Assembly (NCBI GenBank): GCA_002633005.1 | Contig: NMRA01000407.1 | Location: 292,666 to 356,665, forward strand | Length of the DNA stretch: 64,000 nt | Source of the DNA: Phoronis australis | Taxonomy: Eukaryota; Animalia; Phoronida | Reading direction: 5' to 3' | Shown here: positions 13,633-26,741 of the stretch, in pieces | How positions within the stretch are numbered: the first letter of the stretch is position 1 | Layout: every line of letters begins with the position of its first letter | Notes under the pieces: generated by a model | Told to the model about the DNA's origin: nothing | Database searches by the model: none | What the model saw: the letters and a program-made list of their open reading frames with translations, nothing else | Position numbers and translations under genes: made by a program

Positions 13633-14060
13633 GTACCCCACCTTTATGTCATGTCTTGCTCACCTGCTAGCACGGGTGTCTGCGGTTTTGGATATGATTT
13701 GTTTATTAAGAGCATACATGCACACAAGTGAAACATTAAACAAATAATTAATGTGTGCAAATAGAAATATACTAAAACAATGAGCACATGCATGCTTATA
13801 GGAGAGCACCAAACACATCAAACTTATTTCCTTGGTAGTCTCTACAAAAATGTATGTTGTAGAATACAAGATTAAGAATGCTAGGCACTTGCTTTGGGGT
13901 GAAAATGTTCTGAACGAGATGAATATGAGACACATGAAAGGTGATAATTTAATTAATAAAGTAGTAAGTGAATTCTGAGTTATCATTGATATCAATAATA
14001 CTGAAAGGATGTAGTTTGAGTGGACAGTAAACATATTTTAATACTTCTAAATTCTGTGAT

Positions 14061-14263
14061 GTCACGGCGTGGCTCAGTGATTAGAGCCGCGGACTCCCAC
14101 TTGGGAGACCCGCATTCAAATCCTGGCTTCACTGGCTGACTATGAGCATTGCACAAAGGTGTCTGTTATTCCTCTGAGTCTTAATAGTGAACGTGTTAAA
14201 GGGAGTGAGTGAGAACCTGGATATAATGTTGAAGCGATTTCTGAGGCTGTACTTAAAAAAAAA
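14061..14263 (+). mobile_element. tRNA-derived SINE-like sequence
   Basis: A-box-like TGGCTCAGTGATTAG and B-box-like ATTCAAATCC at tRNA spacing; A-run at ~14255. Confidence 0.5.
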
Positions 14264-16124
14264 TGTCTGGTGGCCAGGAAGAGAATTTCGTAAACAATTA
14301 CCATGTTCAATAACCTTTTGGATCTACTATTGTGGTCTTAGCTTGTAAGAAATATTTGCTGTGTTATGGGAATGACGCGTCTTGAATACCGAGATGAGAT
14401 CAACGAGGTATTTAGAAGCACTGACATGAAATGATTTATGAAAGTTTAAGTTAGTTGCCTAACTTTGTTTTCTACTTTAGGCTACACAGGAGACTGAAAA
14501 TAATGATAACTGATTTGAGTGCATGGCTGTTAACTGTGTACATTTCATATTTAAGGAGTTTGTTTTGACACACATGAAATTTTAAACGGATACACACATT
14601 TGAGAAAGAAAACCATCTCGAAGGAGTTACGTTAGCAGTGAAAGTTTTTTTTTATTGCTGTGTTGGTAGTAGGACCATCCTGAAATAGCACACCGTCTAT
14701 TTCATTCTACCGTATAGTATTTACCCACAATGCAGCCCAGCGGTCAAGCCCTGTTATTGCTTCTCCACCTGGATATGTACTGGTCACTATCTCTTGCCGT
14801 GAATATGAAATTTATCATTGTAATGCAGGCAAGCTTGAATGATTGCATTTTGAATTACTATGCTGACACCTTTCTACCAGTGCTGCATGTGTTTCCATTG
14901 TCAATCAACTTAGAAGTGCCTGACACTTTGAGAAGGAGGCCAGTCATACAATGTATTTTTACCTCTGTAAAGAGGAGAGTTCAACTGAGCATCGATCATT
15001 TGAGCTATGTTTTTTGTAGATCACAGCAATACCTTTGACCCCTGCATTTCTAAGGGCATTGTAGTTTGTTACCTGTATAACATCTATGTGTAGACTAGTG
15101 GCCGTGAGTTCTTTCCACACACAGACTTACCTTTAAACATGTTACTCCTTTAACGAGTTGTTGCTAGGTTTGAGGGCTGTGTGGACGCTATTAAAACTAG
15201 TGCAACTTGTCCCACTTGTGACCATTTAGTCCATCTTATCGCGGTAGGGTAACTTCTTCTAAGGTAATTTGCAACATTTCTTATTGCTGTGTGATCGCAA
15301 ACCTGGCATAAGGCAGAAGTAATTAACAGCTGGCGCTTATGTAGTTACTGTTTTCATCCGCCTCTGTTTTCACGTCGTAATCACATCAGTTCAAAGTTTC
15401 AGCGAATGCACAGAGCGACAATTTCCGCCTTGTGCTAATTATCATATATATGTGTGCAGCCATTCCGCTTAAAATGGAGCAAATTATACCAGTGCAAGTT
15501 GTTCTAGAGTAAGTCTCTGTGTGGACAGGACTTTAAATGAACTGACAGCATCTCTGCCGCAATGAGTTATGAAGACTTATTTGTTTAGTTACTGGGATTG
15601 GTAGCTGCATCTTTATTTTTATTCATCAACATTGCCAGATTTTAGTATGCCCTGGTCACAATAGCACTTTTGTTCTCTTTTCCATTGTAACTGGAGCGTG
15701 TCTTCATTGGTCATGTTCAGTCTACAGCCCTCACTATCTGTCCTGCTTTGGCTGAGTTTCCAAAGATTATCTTGTCTGTTAAAGGTCATTTGGTTGTTAT
15801 GCTATCCAGTTCCAGATTTTAATTATCTCTTTTATTATTGATCTAGCTGTATTTCTCCACAAGTTTTTTGCATGTGTTTAAAGTGATGTTATCCACAGTG
15901 ATGCATAAGGATTTCACGCTACCTTTAAACCAGGGACATGAGGATCCGGTCATTGGTCAGTATGGTTCTGGGCAGCCATCGCAACATCTTGGTTCTTCTC
16001 AAGATGTAGGTGAATAGAAAATGCAGATGATGCCATTTAACAAAAGTTGAAAAATCCCAGTTCCTGGCATTGTGCATGTAATGAAATGTAAGGTAAATTA
16101 GATTGCAAAAAACAAAAGTCTGTG

Positions 16125-17045
16125 TTCACAAAGCAGCCAGGGGAAAGTTATAAGTCAGGCTTTACAAATCAGTCAGGTGATGGTTGTAAGTCAGGTTTCA
16201 CAAAGGAGTCAGGGTATGGTTTTAAGTCGGGCTTCACGAAGCAGGTGATGATTGTAAGCCAGGTTTCACAAAGCAGTCGGGATGGTTGTAAGTCAGGCTT
16301 CACAAAGCAGTCAGGTGATGGTAGTAGGATAAGTCAGGCTTCTCAAAAGTGGTCAGGGGATGATTGTAATCACCTCTCATAGATCAGTTAGGGGACAGTT
16401 GTAAGTAAGGCTTCACAAAGCAGTCTGGGGACTATTGTAAGCCAGGTTTCACAAAAGAGTCAGGATATGATTGTGAGTCAGGCTTCACAAAGCAGTCAGG
16501 TGATGGTTGTAAGTCAGGTTTCACAAAGGAGTCAGGGTATGATTGTAAGTCAGGCTTCAGAACGCTGTCAGGAAAGGGTTGTAAGTCTAGTTTCTCAAAG
16601 GAGTCGGTGTATGATTGTAAGTCAGGTTTCACAAAGCAATCGGGGGATGATTGTAAGTCAGGCTTCACAAAACAGTCAGATGATGGTTGTAGGATAAGTC
16701 AGGCTTCTCAAGAGTGGTCAGGGGATGGTTGTAATCACCTCTCACACATCAGTTAGGGGACAGTTGTAAGTCAGGTTTCACAAAGGAGTCATGGTATGAT
16801 TGTAAGTCAGGCTTCACAAAGAGTAATAAAGATGTGATATCTGATGTAGACTTTATTCATCAATTAAATTACATTAAAAATGCATGTTATTGTACTTCAG
16901 GAACCTTTTAAGTCAGGAAAACTTCACAAAACAGTTCAGGGGACGATTGTAAGTCAGGTTTCACAAAGCCTCAAAGGATGATTGTATGTCACGAGACGGT
17001 TGTAAGTCAGGTTTCACAAAGTGGTCATGGTATGATTGTAACTCA
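16125..17045. repeat. Minisatellite, ~39-bp unit (gattgtaagtcaggcttcacaaagcagtcaggggat)
   Basis: Many tandem diverged units; a higher-order block recurs at ~16320 and ~16686. Confidence 0.92.
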
Positions 17046-17640
17046 AGCTTGTTTCTGCTTGGGTTATTTGTATTTAAGTTACGATATTTCAAAGTTTTCA
17101 AAGCCTTGCAATGTTTACAATAACTCTAGTTGTGAAACTTACCTGGATGAAAATAAATATCCTCTGTTCCACTTACATGTTTTTCAAAAAAGTTTGCAGA
17201 AATTACAGAAATGTGCTATTTAATAATGCCATTTATAGATCCACCACTCGACAATTCGCTTTGAAATGTTTTTTGCACGCTTGCCCTCTGACCCCATACT
17301 GTAGTTCAATTCCACTGTCCTCAAGTCTATGAGTCACTGGGCAGATTCTCTAAGCTATGAGTCCCATGTCTTGTCTGCCTGCTGGCCCAATTTATGTGGG
17401 CTCATGAACTAACCAACAGGTCAGGATTGTTTTAGAAAATACAGAATTTTGGCAAATATTGGAAACATGTTTCTCGATTCATTACAGTTCATGGCAAATA
17501 CTGGATGAAATAGTTGCTTTGTGCACTCTTGATTGTGTTGAATTTATAATGATCGCTAGCGATTACTCCCATTGTGGCAGAGCTGCAGTAAACTCTTACC
17601 ACTAGTTGAGGACCCAATATGGCCATCGACTGAAATTGTA

Positions 17641-18866
17641 TCACTTGTCGAAAAAAATTTCGCCAAGTATGTTGCTCTGTCAGTAAGTTTTTTCTTGTTT
17701 GTTCGCATGATACAGGTCGCAATTTTCGTTCGATCATCACAAAATTTACACACAACACGTAGTTTTGGGCTGTAATTTTTTACGTACAGAGCTGAAAATC
17801 GGCATGATTATTGGACCAGATGTGCGATACATGTGTACCAGAAAACTGCTTACTTCCGGTTAAAGATGGCGAAAATATCGGCAATTGCGCATGCGCATCT
17901 CGATTTTGGGCTAAAAACAATTTCTCCGGTAAAAGGCTCATTATCGGACCAGTTCCTTCGAAGTTTTTCAGCTGTTAGTTTTTTATTACCTGCTATTATT
18001 CAAGGCTAAAAAACCGGAAGTTGCTTTCAAGGTGTCAGATCTGGCTCATGGTGACCCATTTTCTATGGTGCTGGGGTGCCATTTTAAACGGGAAGAGAAA
18101 AAATGTGAATTTTTGCATGTGGATTCTCTAAGGTATACCCATTCAAAAGAACTGGAACAATTTTTTTTCTCAGACTTACCGTTTTTGAGTTATTTGACTT
18201 AGAATTTCAAAAACGCAATTTCATTTTTTTTCATGAAATTTACGGAATGTCGCGAAACTAAGCAATTAGAGATAGAGTTTTGAACATTCTTTCAGAAGAT
18301 ATTTTCATTTTTGGATACCACGTCAACTTTTTGAATTATTCGAGTTTTTCTGGAAACGCTGTTCCTTTGTTAGCCGATTTTGCTGCACTGTTGTTGGTTT
18401 ACCGCCTACTGAACAAGACTAGCCTATTTCATAGTGATTTCTGACATCTATGTTCGTCATATGTATGTTATCATATGTTCATCATCGCCATCATCATCAT
18501 CATCATGTTGTTCATCATCGCCATCATCATCGTCATATCGTTCATCATCGCCATTATCATCGTCATATTGTTCATCATCGTCATCATCATCGACATATTG
18601 TTCATCATCGCCATCATCATCGTCATATTCGTCATCTTCGTCATTATCCTTATCGTCGTCTTTTCAGTTAATTTCGCCAAGTGTCGCTCAAGACTAGCCT
18701 ATTTCTTACTGATTTCTGACCTCTACGTTAGTCATAGGAATGTTATCATTACTTGTGTTGTTCATCGTCGCCACCATCGTCGTCATATCCATCATCTTCG
18801 TCATCATCTCTATCGTCGTCTTTTCTGTTAATTTCGCCAAGTTTCGCTCCTTGGAACGCTTTCATT
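17641..18866 (+). mobile_element. Second, diverged copy of the HINE-like family with internal (CAT/CGT)n microsatellite and duplicated 3' end
   Basis: Colinear similarity to 26742-27960 (caagtatgttgctctgtc, caggtcgcaatttt, acttccggttaaagatggc, ctcagacttaccgtttt). The 3' motif aatttcgccaagt occurs twice (~18670 and ~18830). Confidence 0.7.
18470..18820. repeat. Degenerate (CAT/CGT) trinucleotide microsatellite
   Basis: catcatcgccatcatcat arrays that explain the spurious poly-H/S/I/M ORFs. Confidence 0.9.
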
Positions 18867-21645
18867 TTTATCTTTTTTCGTGAAAGATTTAGCATCAAAT
18901 TTATTCTTTTTCCATATTCAAGTTTTGTACAACAGATACCCTCAGACCATATTTTGAAAAATATGGGCTTTCACAACAGTGTTTGAAGCTCTTGAAAAAA
19001 ATGAAAAACTGACATTTTATGCAAAATTGTTGAGATGTTACCGGAACCTTTCCAACTTATTTTGAGAGGATTTTGTAATGGCTGTTTCAGTGCGGGAGTT
19101 GCACTTTCCCAATGATGTAAAATCTGCAGAATGGGGGGTTGTGGTGTCAGTGGGAAAGTGGCAACATTTCAACCGTTCTGCGCTACAGTATCTTTATAAC
19201 TCGTGCAAAAGCATTACAGAATTTATCTGGATAAAAGAAAAGTAATTTCATCTTGTCTGGTCAAAGTTGAGATTGGATCAAGCAGCAGTCCTTCCGTGTT
19301 CACCCTGTGCTTGGCATGTCATGACTATGATGGGTATTGTTGCTATTCCTTTTTCTTGTTAAAGCAACCAGCTGCTGAATTATGATAGTGCCATGCCATG
19401 AATATCTAAGTAATAAGGACAAGTGTTCTGTACTTGTCAGCTACTGCAACAGTACAAGACAAAAGTAATCCAAGGAAATTCTGTATTCTGTCATGACTAC
19501 TAATTCCGTTAACGTAAAAATAGGCGACATCGTTCTAGTTACAGAACGGCTTAGCCGCCATACTTTCCTGTTAATTCTCTTTCATTTTTGGTCATGAGGG
19601 AAGTTATGGTGAACTTAGCTTTTGCTGAGACATCCTGGCGGGGGAATTCCAAGTCATAATGTCTGAATACTTTTGGCTTGCACTATATGCCATGTTGTCT
19701 GTACCTAATACTGAGGTGATGTTTGTGTTCCTATTCTTGACACACTCATCACGCTATCCTTAGAATTACTGTTTTGAGATGGAAAAGTCGTTGTGTAAGC
19801 TGCTTTGAAAATATGTGTTACTTTCCGCACTCACCCACTCACTGTTTTTTAGTTACATAAGTTGACTCTTATTTGCTTCGAACTTATGTGTTGCCAAGCA
19901 GTATGGAAAATTCCCATTTTCCTCCAAGCTCCTCCTAAAGTGCCTTCACTGCAAATGCTTGTTAGGCTGTTGCATTATTGGCATCAAGTTCAATCAAATT
20001 TTGAGTTGTGCGGAAAGCATCAAAATACTTTAAGCTGACGTGTGGTTGAACTGTTGTGAGATATGCCAAGCACCCATCCATGATGTAAATTCAATTTGAC
20101 TAGCACTGGATTGACTGCAGGAATTCTAAGATGCAGTCTCACCTTTGGTCATTGTGATACTATGTATCATTCTACTTTGGCTTAGTCAATAATATTTGGA
20201 ATGCCAAAAGCCTGAATTAGCTAGTGATTTACATTACTTATCAGTTTTAGGTTTTGCTCATGTGACAAGTACCTTGTTTTGTTTGCCCAATGGTTTAATC
20301 CTTTAACCCAAAGGACAACTGTGCTTTGTGCACAAGTGAACACCATGAGTATAGTTGAATGGTCTTTAGTCCAAATTTGGAGAACCTGGATGACCTGGGG
20401 ACATTTAATAACATTTTTACCTCTTTAATTTCTTTATTATATATATATATATTCCTGTGATAGTGTGTAATTAATGAATTTCACAAAAGCATTTTGTATG
20501 TGCCTTTTCACCTGTGTCTAACTACCATACTTGATTTGTCTATCATAGTCTGCGTGTGTAACTGATCTGCCAGTAATAGCTATATTTTTTAATTAAAAAA
20601 TATACAACGTAGACAATGCATTAATATGCTGTCCATTTCATTTTTTTCATCTAGTTTTGCTCTCTAGAGTCCGTTTGCAAGTTCTTGGAAGATTCTCCGC
20701 CACCGAATTCTGCCAAAACTGAAAGAAACCAAAGGTTTTGTTAATTAGTTCGGTATTTGATCATGGCATAACTACGTCAAATAGTCTGAATTATTTGAAG
20801 TGTTTTGTCTTTGGAGTGTCTCCGGATAAAAATAATCATTGAGCATGCGTCATAAACCATTTCTGTTCCTCAGTAGTGCTGCATCTGGCTGTGTGACCCA
20901 CTAGACAGTGCTGATGTTTCAGATAGGCCATAATCCAAGCAGTTCTAAGAATAGACCATCTATTATAGATGTGTTGGAGCACTACTTGGCCTGTATACTT
21001 GTGCCAGTTGGGTGAGCCTGAACAGCAATCCTGTCTGACAGTTTAGGTAGAATCTCCAGTAAGATGGAATACACAGTGCTGGCAATGCTGCAGAATGTAA
21101 AAGTTGGAGTTTTTTTGGAGAATTCCTATGCTGGTTTATAATTTCCATAAGTCATGAGATCATGATCATGATTGTTGAAAGACCAGTCTGGACCAGTTCC
21201 CAGTTGGCAAGTCTGTTGCATGTTGGTATCTCACTGGGGTCAGTCTGACCTTTCTTTTATTGTATATGGATACAAATGTCTGGTCAATAAAGGGCACCTT
21301 GGTGCTCTTGGACCATTTAACCCCTCATTTCAATGTCACAACTTTTTTTGGCTAGTGAACAGGCACAGCTAATCATACCATTTCAGTTTTCTGCCTTTTT
21401 GTATTTTCACAAGCACTTTTTGTTATCAAAGCCCTGCAATGATCCAAAACAGGCATGACTACTAGACAATTTATTTTTTGTTATTTAGAAGTCATTAAAG
21501 CAACCACTTAAGATGATTTCAAACCGTATTTTGTGACCTCCATTCTAACTTATAAATCAAAAGAACAGGCTATTAGTCCACCAATAAAAGTATGTGTTTT
21601 CTGAAAGAAAAATGACCAGAGATTATAAAATTATGTTTTATAGTT

Positions 21646-21981
21646 ATGTGCCATTATTATTGTTACATTACTAACTTTTTAAAGTAAAAATTTTATTTTT
21701 AAGAAAGGTTCATTCATGGCAAAAATTTTTCGTGGTCGATTTTAATGAAGACTTTTTTAAATGAAAACTAAACAATTCACCTCAAAAAAGCTGTTAGGAA
21801 TTTTTGATGTTTTATTTTATGTGCCATTATTCTTATTACGTTACCTACTTTTTAAAGTCAAAATTTCATTTTTAAGAAAGGTTCATTCGCAGCAAAACAT
21901 CCTCTTGGTCGATTTTAACGAAGACCTTTTTAAATGAAAAATTCACAATTTACCTCAAAAATGCTGTTAGGAATTTTTGAT
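21646..21981. repeat. ~173-bp tandem duplication
   Basis: tatgtgccattatt...aagaaaggttcattc...ctgttaggaatttttgat x2. Confidence 0.85.
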
Positions 21982-23251
21982 TACTCCTTTGGTTTTATTT
22001 CCATGCCAAGTTAACTCACAAAATGTAAGGTATTTTTGTAATAAATACGGTAGCAGTCGTATGCGTCTACCTTTCGGTGCGCAGAACTAGGTGTTTAAAA
22101 GGAAAACCCTTACAGCGTTTTTGAGACTAGAGAATAAATATTAAAATTGGAAAGTTTCAGTGAAATTCACTGAACCGTTTTCAAGAATTCATGTTCCAAA
22201 GTGCAAATCAAATCAATTTGCCGAAGCCAAGTGAAAGCCGAAAACTGAAGGTTTTCCGATTAATTATTTGATGAAAACTTGCTTTTGGCCAATGTAACTT
22301 GTACATGCTATTGGCTTGTTAACTATTTGAACATTCACTCGTAATGTCAACTGAATTGGCAGTGTGTAATTAACTTAATTGTCACTAATTTTGTGAAGTC
22401 TGCTAACAAGAAATCGAGTAAAACTGGTTAAGGGGAGGAGTTTACCTCTTGACCTATTAAAATAGGTCAACTAGTACTAGTACACACCACATGCCGAAAC
22501 GTATGCCGGGAGGACTGAAAGAAACCAAGCACCAAGTGTAGAATTAAGATCGAGTATCTGTGGTTAAAGTGCGCCGTGAGCACCAGGTCGAAACAGCGAA
22601 ACGTCAGATTACCAGTGAAATGAATGAATTTAGGTGAGGATGTATCTTTTTCCACAATTTGCTGTGTGATATGCCAGACGCCGTGCAGCAGCTCGGTGCC
22701 TTCGTCATAACATTATCAACGGTCGAATGTAGGCAAACATGCCACTCACTTAGGATCAAAAATATGTTATGCCTTGTTATGTTTTCCACAGCATCTTTCC
22801 ATGCTATGTTCACCTCGTTAACTCACTCATCATGGTTTGTAACCTTTGACCTTGGATACAAAGTAAACAAAGTTTCAAGTCAAGTCATTTTATTTATAGT
22901 CGGTTTGTCAAACAAGGAGAAAACAGAGAGGCTAAATGAAGATAAGGTATTTTGCTTGACATATATGAAATATTGTAAAAATGGCCAATTTTTGTGAATT
23001 AGGTTTGAGATATCCTTAATTGAGATAACATATTCAGTTGTATTTTGTTGTGCAAAGTTTTTATCACTTACCAGTTTTGTCGTGTTTAATATGTCGCGGT
23101 AATTCTGCCCCTATTTGGCACACAATCTGGCTGACAAGTGAAATTTCATTTTTACAGTTTTTTCCATAAAAGCATAGACTGAGAAAATTTTAGTCTATGT
23201 TAAGCCTGGTTTGCACTGTGTAGATGCAATAAATAGACAATCCTACACTCG

Positions 23252-23369
23252 TCTTCGGTTTATGACATGGGCACAACCTCTTGGAAATTTCGGTAAATCC
23301 CGAGGCTTGCCGAGGGGTTTTGACGAAATTCTAAAAGGTTTTGCCCTAGTCATAAACCTGAGGCGAAGA
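23252..23369. repeat. Long imperfect palindrome (MITE-like fold-back)
   Basis: ggtttatgac..gggca / tgccc..gtcataaacc, aatttcg / cgaaatt. Confidence 0.75.
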
Positions 23370-26300
23370 AGTTGTTTGCATGTCCTTTCGACTGGTAGTA
23401 CGTACCTGTGTTTCAATGACTTGGTAAGGCTTGGGGTTGCAGTCCACAAACTGGCTTGACCTGCTGGTTGTTACACTTAGACATTTTTCACTTTCAACTA
23501 ATTATGTTGTCTGGCTTCATGAATGTTAAAAGAAAAACCTGCCCTATCTATTTTTACAGTGAACTGTGAAGGCTCTGTGTTAGTTACAGTTGTGACACTG
23601 GATTTGTCAATTGTAACCTTGTCACCTTCACGGAATTCTGGCATTGTTTGGTTGTTGGTATTAGTGTTTTGCTGATGTAAGGCGTGTGGATTTCTACGTC
23701 GCACTACTTTGCGATTCTCCAAGTAATATCAAAAAAGTTCCGTAGTCAGTGTTATTAACCATTGATGTCGTAACACATTCTGGGTCATGAGAGAAAACAG
23801 TATTTGGTAAAGTGTCCATTATTTACAGCAACATAATCAGCCTTTGAAAACAGAAAATGACAATTCTAACAATTAGTTTTGTGCAAAGTGAGTGAACTTG
23901 CTGTAATGTTCAGCCAAGTGTTTGTGCCTTATGCAAAAGTAGAGGTTTGGTTCATTATGATATGTATATGTTCACATGTGACAGCGCTACTTGTGTAAAA
24001 CTATGAAAGATGACTTTTAAACTATAAAAAAGTTGAAAGGATTGAGTAACAGGGGTCCAGGATACGCAGAAACTAGGGGGATGAATGGAATTGTTGAAGC
24101 TTTAGGGGTCGGGACAGCAGGGGAGAGAGAGAAAGGTGAAAATGTTTTTTATCTTTCACAAGTCGTTATGTGTAGTTTCAGTACTAGGTTCCTGTGGTGG
24201 AAAGTTGCTAATGTTTTAGCTAGACGAGTGTTCCTCAAGGGACTCATTTTCGCCAGCAGTTAGTTTTGTTTGGACCTCACCACCAGAATGCTTTTAAGCC
24301 AAAATGGGTGACAAAACACATTTTCCTCTGGGGTAAATTGATCAATAGGATGATAAACAAAAGCCTCTTAACCCCTGCACATGTGTGTGTCCTTTGAAGA
24401 AAGTCACCTGGCTATAGAAGTCTCTAATTAGCACCTTAAGCTGTTTTGGGGTCCCTAACTCAAAGCACCAACAAAAGTATTGTTTGTGCAAAATTGCTGG
24501 TGAAAATGCATATATGAATTCGATAAGCCTGCCTCAGAATGACATCTAAATACCTCAGGCAACTTTTAACCACACTTTAAATGAAAAAATTGTTATTTTT
24601 TATGAATATAAATACAGTTTGAGCAACTGTGAGCTTATGAAATTGGAGCCCATATATTTTGGTTAACAAGACAGTTTAAGAAATCATTAGTAATTGGAAA
24701 AACGAGTGAGTTAAGCACTAAAATGTATTACAAGCACCGGTAATTAACTTCTAAATTAGCCCCTTTAATTAGATGTCACGTAAACCTGAAAGTCTGTAAT
24801 CAAGTGGCTCATCCATAATTTAGTTTTGAACTGAGGACACTAATTGTAAGAGAGGGATATTGACATAATTATCACAAATGTGCTATTCTTCCACAGCTGG
24901 CCTCCAAGCCATCTGGGTACATCATCACTTGGCTGCAGCCACTGGCCCCTCTGGGATTTCTTTGTACTGGATGCACCAAAGTTCTGTGTCTGGTCTGGGT
25001 TTTGGCATCTCAGTCAATATGTGGTCACACCATCTGCTGGGTGGAGTTCAGTGAAATTGTTAATTGTTTTTTGTATTTTTTTTTTTGTTCTATTATTAGA
25101 ACCACAATAATACTCTCATTATAACTCCAAAATGATGCAGATAAACATTCATTTAATTATTGTACTAGAATTATACATGTCTGTCTTTACCTTCCTGGCA
25201 AATCGTGAATTGACTAAGGTTAATTTGAAAACTAAATGTTAACTGGCTAATCCAAACACTTTCCTGACTATATAGGTGCTAAAAGGACATTTGTCTGACA
25301 TTAGTCCCATTTAGACATCAACTTTTGGCCCGGCTGGCCGTTTACACACACAACTCACTAACTATGGAAAGACCGAAGTTATAGGCTGGAGAGTCGAACG
25401 CACATGCGCAGGTTTACAAATGGCGGGAGTTGCAAAAACAGAGAACCTGTATGTAGGTCATTGCACAAGCGTAGTTTCGCGTTTAGACATATAATTGGCA
25501 AGGAGCAAGTTGATCAAGCGCAAATTGCTCTACCTCACAAATGGGTGGCAAAAGTTGTCACCGCTTGTTACCGCGGTGTCAGTTTTGCTCCAGGTCAGTC
25601 CTGTTTACAAACATACTTGGGCTAGAACATCTTGTTCCATGTCAGCTGATCTGTGTCAACATTTGTAGTGTAAATGGCACTTTTGTTGGTTGACAGTGGA
25701 TGTGAATTAAACCTGCTCACTTCAATATACATTCCACTCTATACAGGCCAAGGGAAAGTACACCCCTGTTGACTTGCTTGCATAAATTCATTAAATCTGA
25801 ACCATTTCAACCTGCATGAAAGTTAACTGTAATCATTGGTACTGGTGCAACACCATCATGGGGTTATCAATTTAATCTCATACAGGCATGATAGTACCTG
25901 ATAGTAGGTATGTAGTTATAGGGACAAGGCTGGTAGTTGTGAGTGCACCCAGGTGAAACATTCTTGTCAGTATTACCCCCAGTTATTAACAGAGGCTATA
26001 AAGCTGTTATTCAGATCAATAAACCCATTGGAAATCTGTCCACTTCATTCTGCGATCAATAACTCTTCATCTGTGTCAGGTGCATGTTTTAGTTAGTTTC
26101 AGCTTTCATTAAAGCTAGCTCTCACCCACCATCATTTTTTACTTAGGAACTGACCATGTCAATCCCTAATGTTGAGATCAAATGCATTCTCTGTAGGAAA
26201 AGGTTCTTGAAAGCATTCTTTAGCCTTTCATCTGCTCAAATGGAGACTCTGTTGTGTTCAATGTGTTTAATCTATTGGTTGCTCCAGATAGCAACATCTC

Positions 26301-26741
26301 ATTTGGATGTAATTGATGGTGTGGTGAGAGAATGGCTTGCATTTTGACTTTACCCTGCAATCATCCTTTATGCAAAAGTTTTCATTTGCTGAAACAAATG
26401 GAATGCACTAAAGCTTCTGATAGCAGCTCAGGTGTTTATTGATTTCACTCCAGTTGAGGATTGCCCTTAGACCAGGGAAATGTACTAGTTATTAATTTGG
26501 TCAAAACTTTGATGACAAACATTAAGAAATTGCCTTTGCCAACCATAGAGCATGCTTATTGTGAAGACTTCACTTGTATGGTAGACCTCCCATTCTTTAT
26601 ACGCAAATTCATTTTCATTCTTACCGCTTTGTTATGGTACTAGGCTGGGTAAGAGCCAAGGGTTCATGACTTCATCCACACCCTACTGTGTTTTCAATGG
26701 GTTTCCCAGGGCTTGGAATTTTCCTCTTTTATGAGGATTTC

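Noticed and set aside
16122-17223. Repetitive ORFs on both strands; superficially CRISPR-like periodicity
   Set aside because: Minisatellite with no unique spacers, in eukaryotic intron context.
18434-18986. Poly-His/Ser/Ile/Met ORFs
   Set aside because: Translations of a (CAT)n-type microsatellite inside a repeat element, open in several frames.
19594-19659. Short ORF MREVMVNLAFAETSWRGNSKS, faintly like a CPEB3 alternative segment
   Set aside because: No compatible splice sites; the similarity is too short to be meaningful.
20668-20734. Exon-like segment between ctctag and aag|gtttt
   Set aside because: 67 nt, not frame-preserving, weak donor.
24897-25054. Possible extra CPEB cassette exon (AGLQAIWVHHHLAA...) after ttcttccacag
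   Set aside because: Good acceptor, but only weak phase-1 donors, a downstream in-frame stop and no recognisable similarity to CPEB exon 3.
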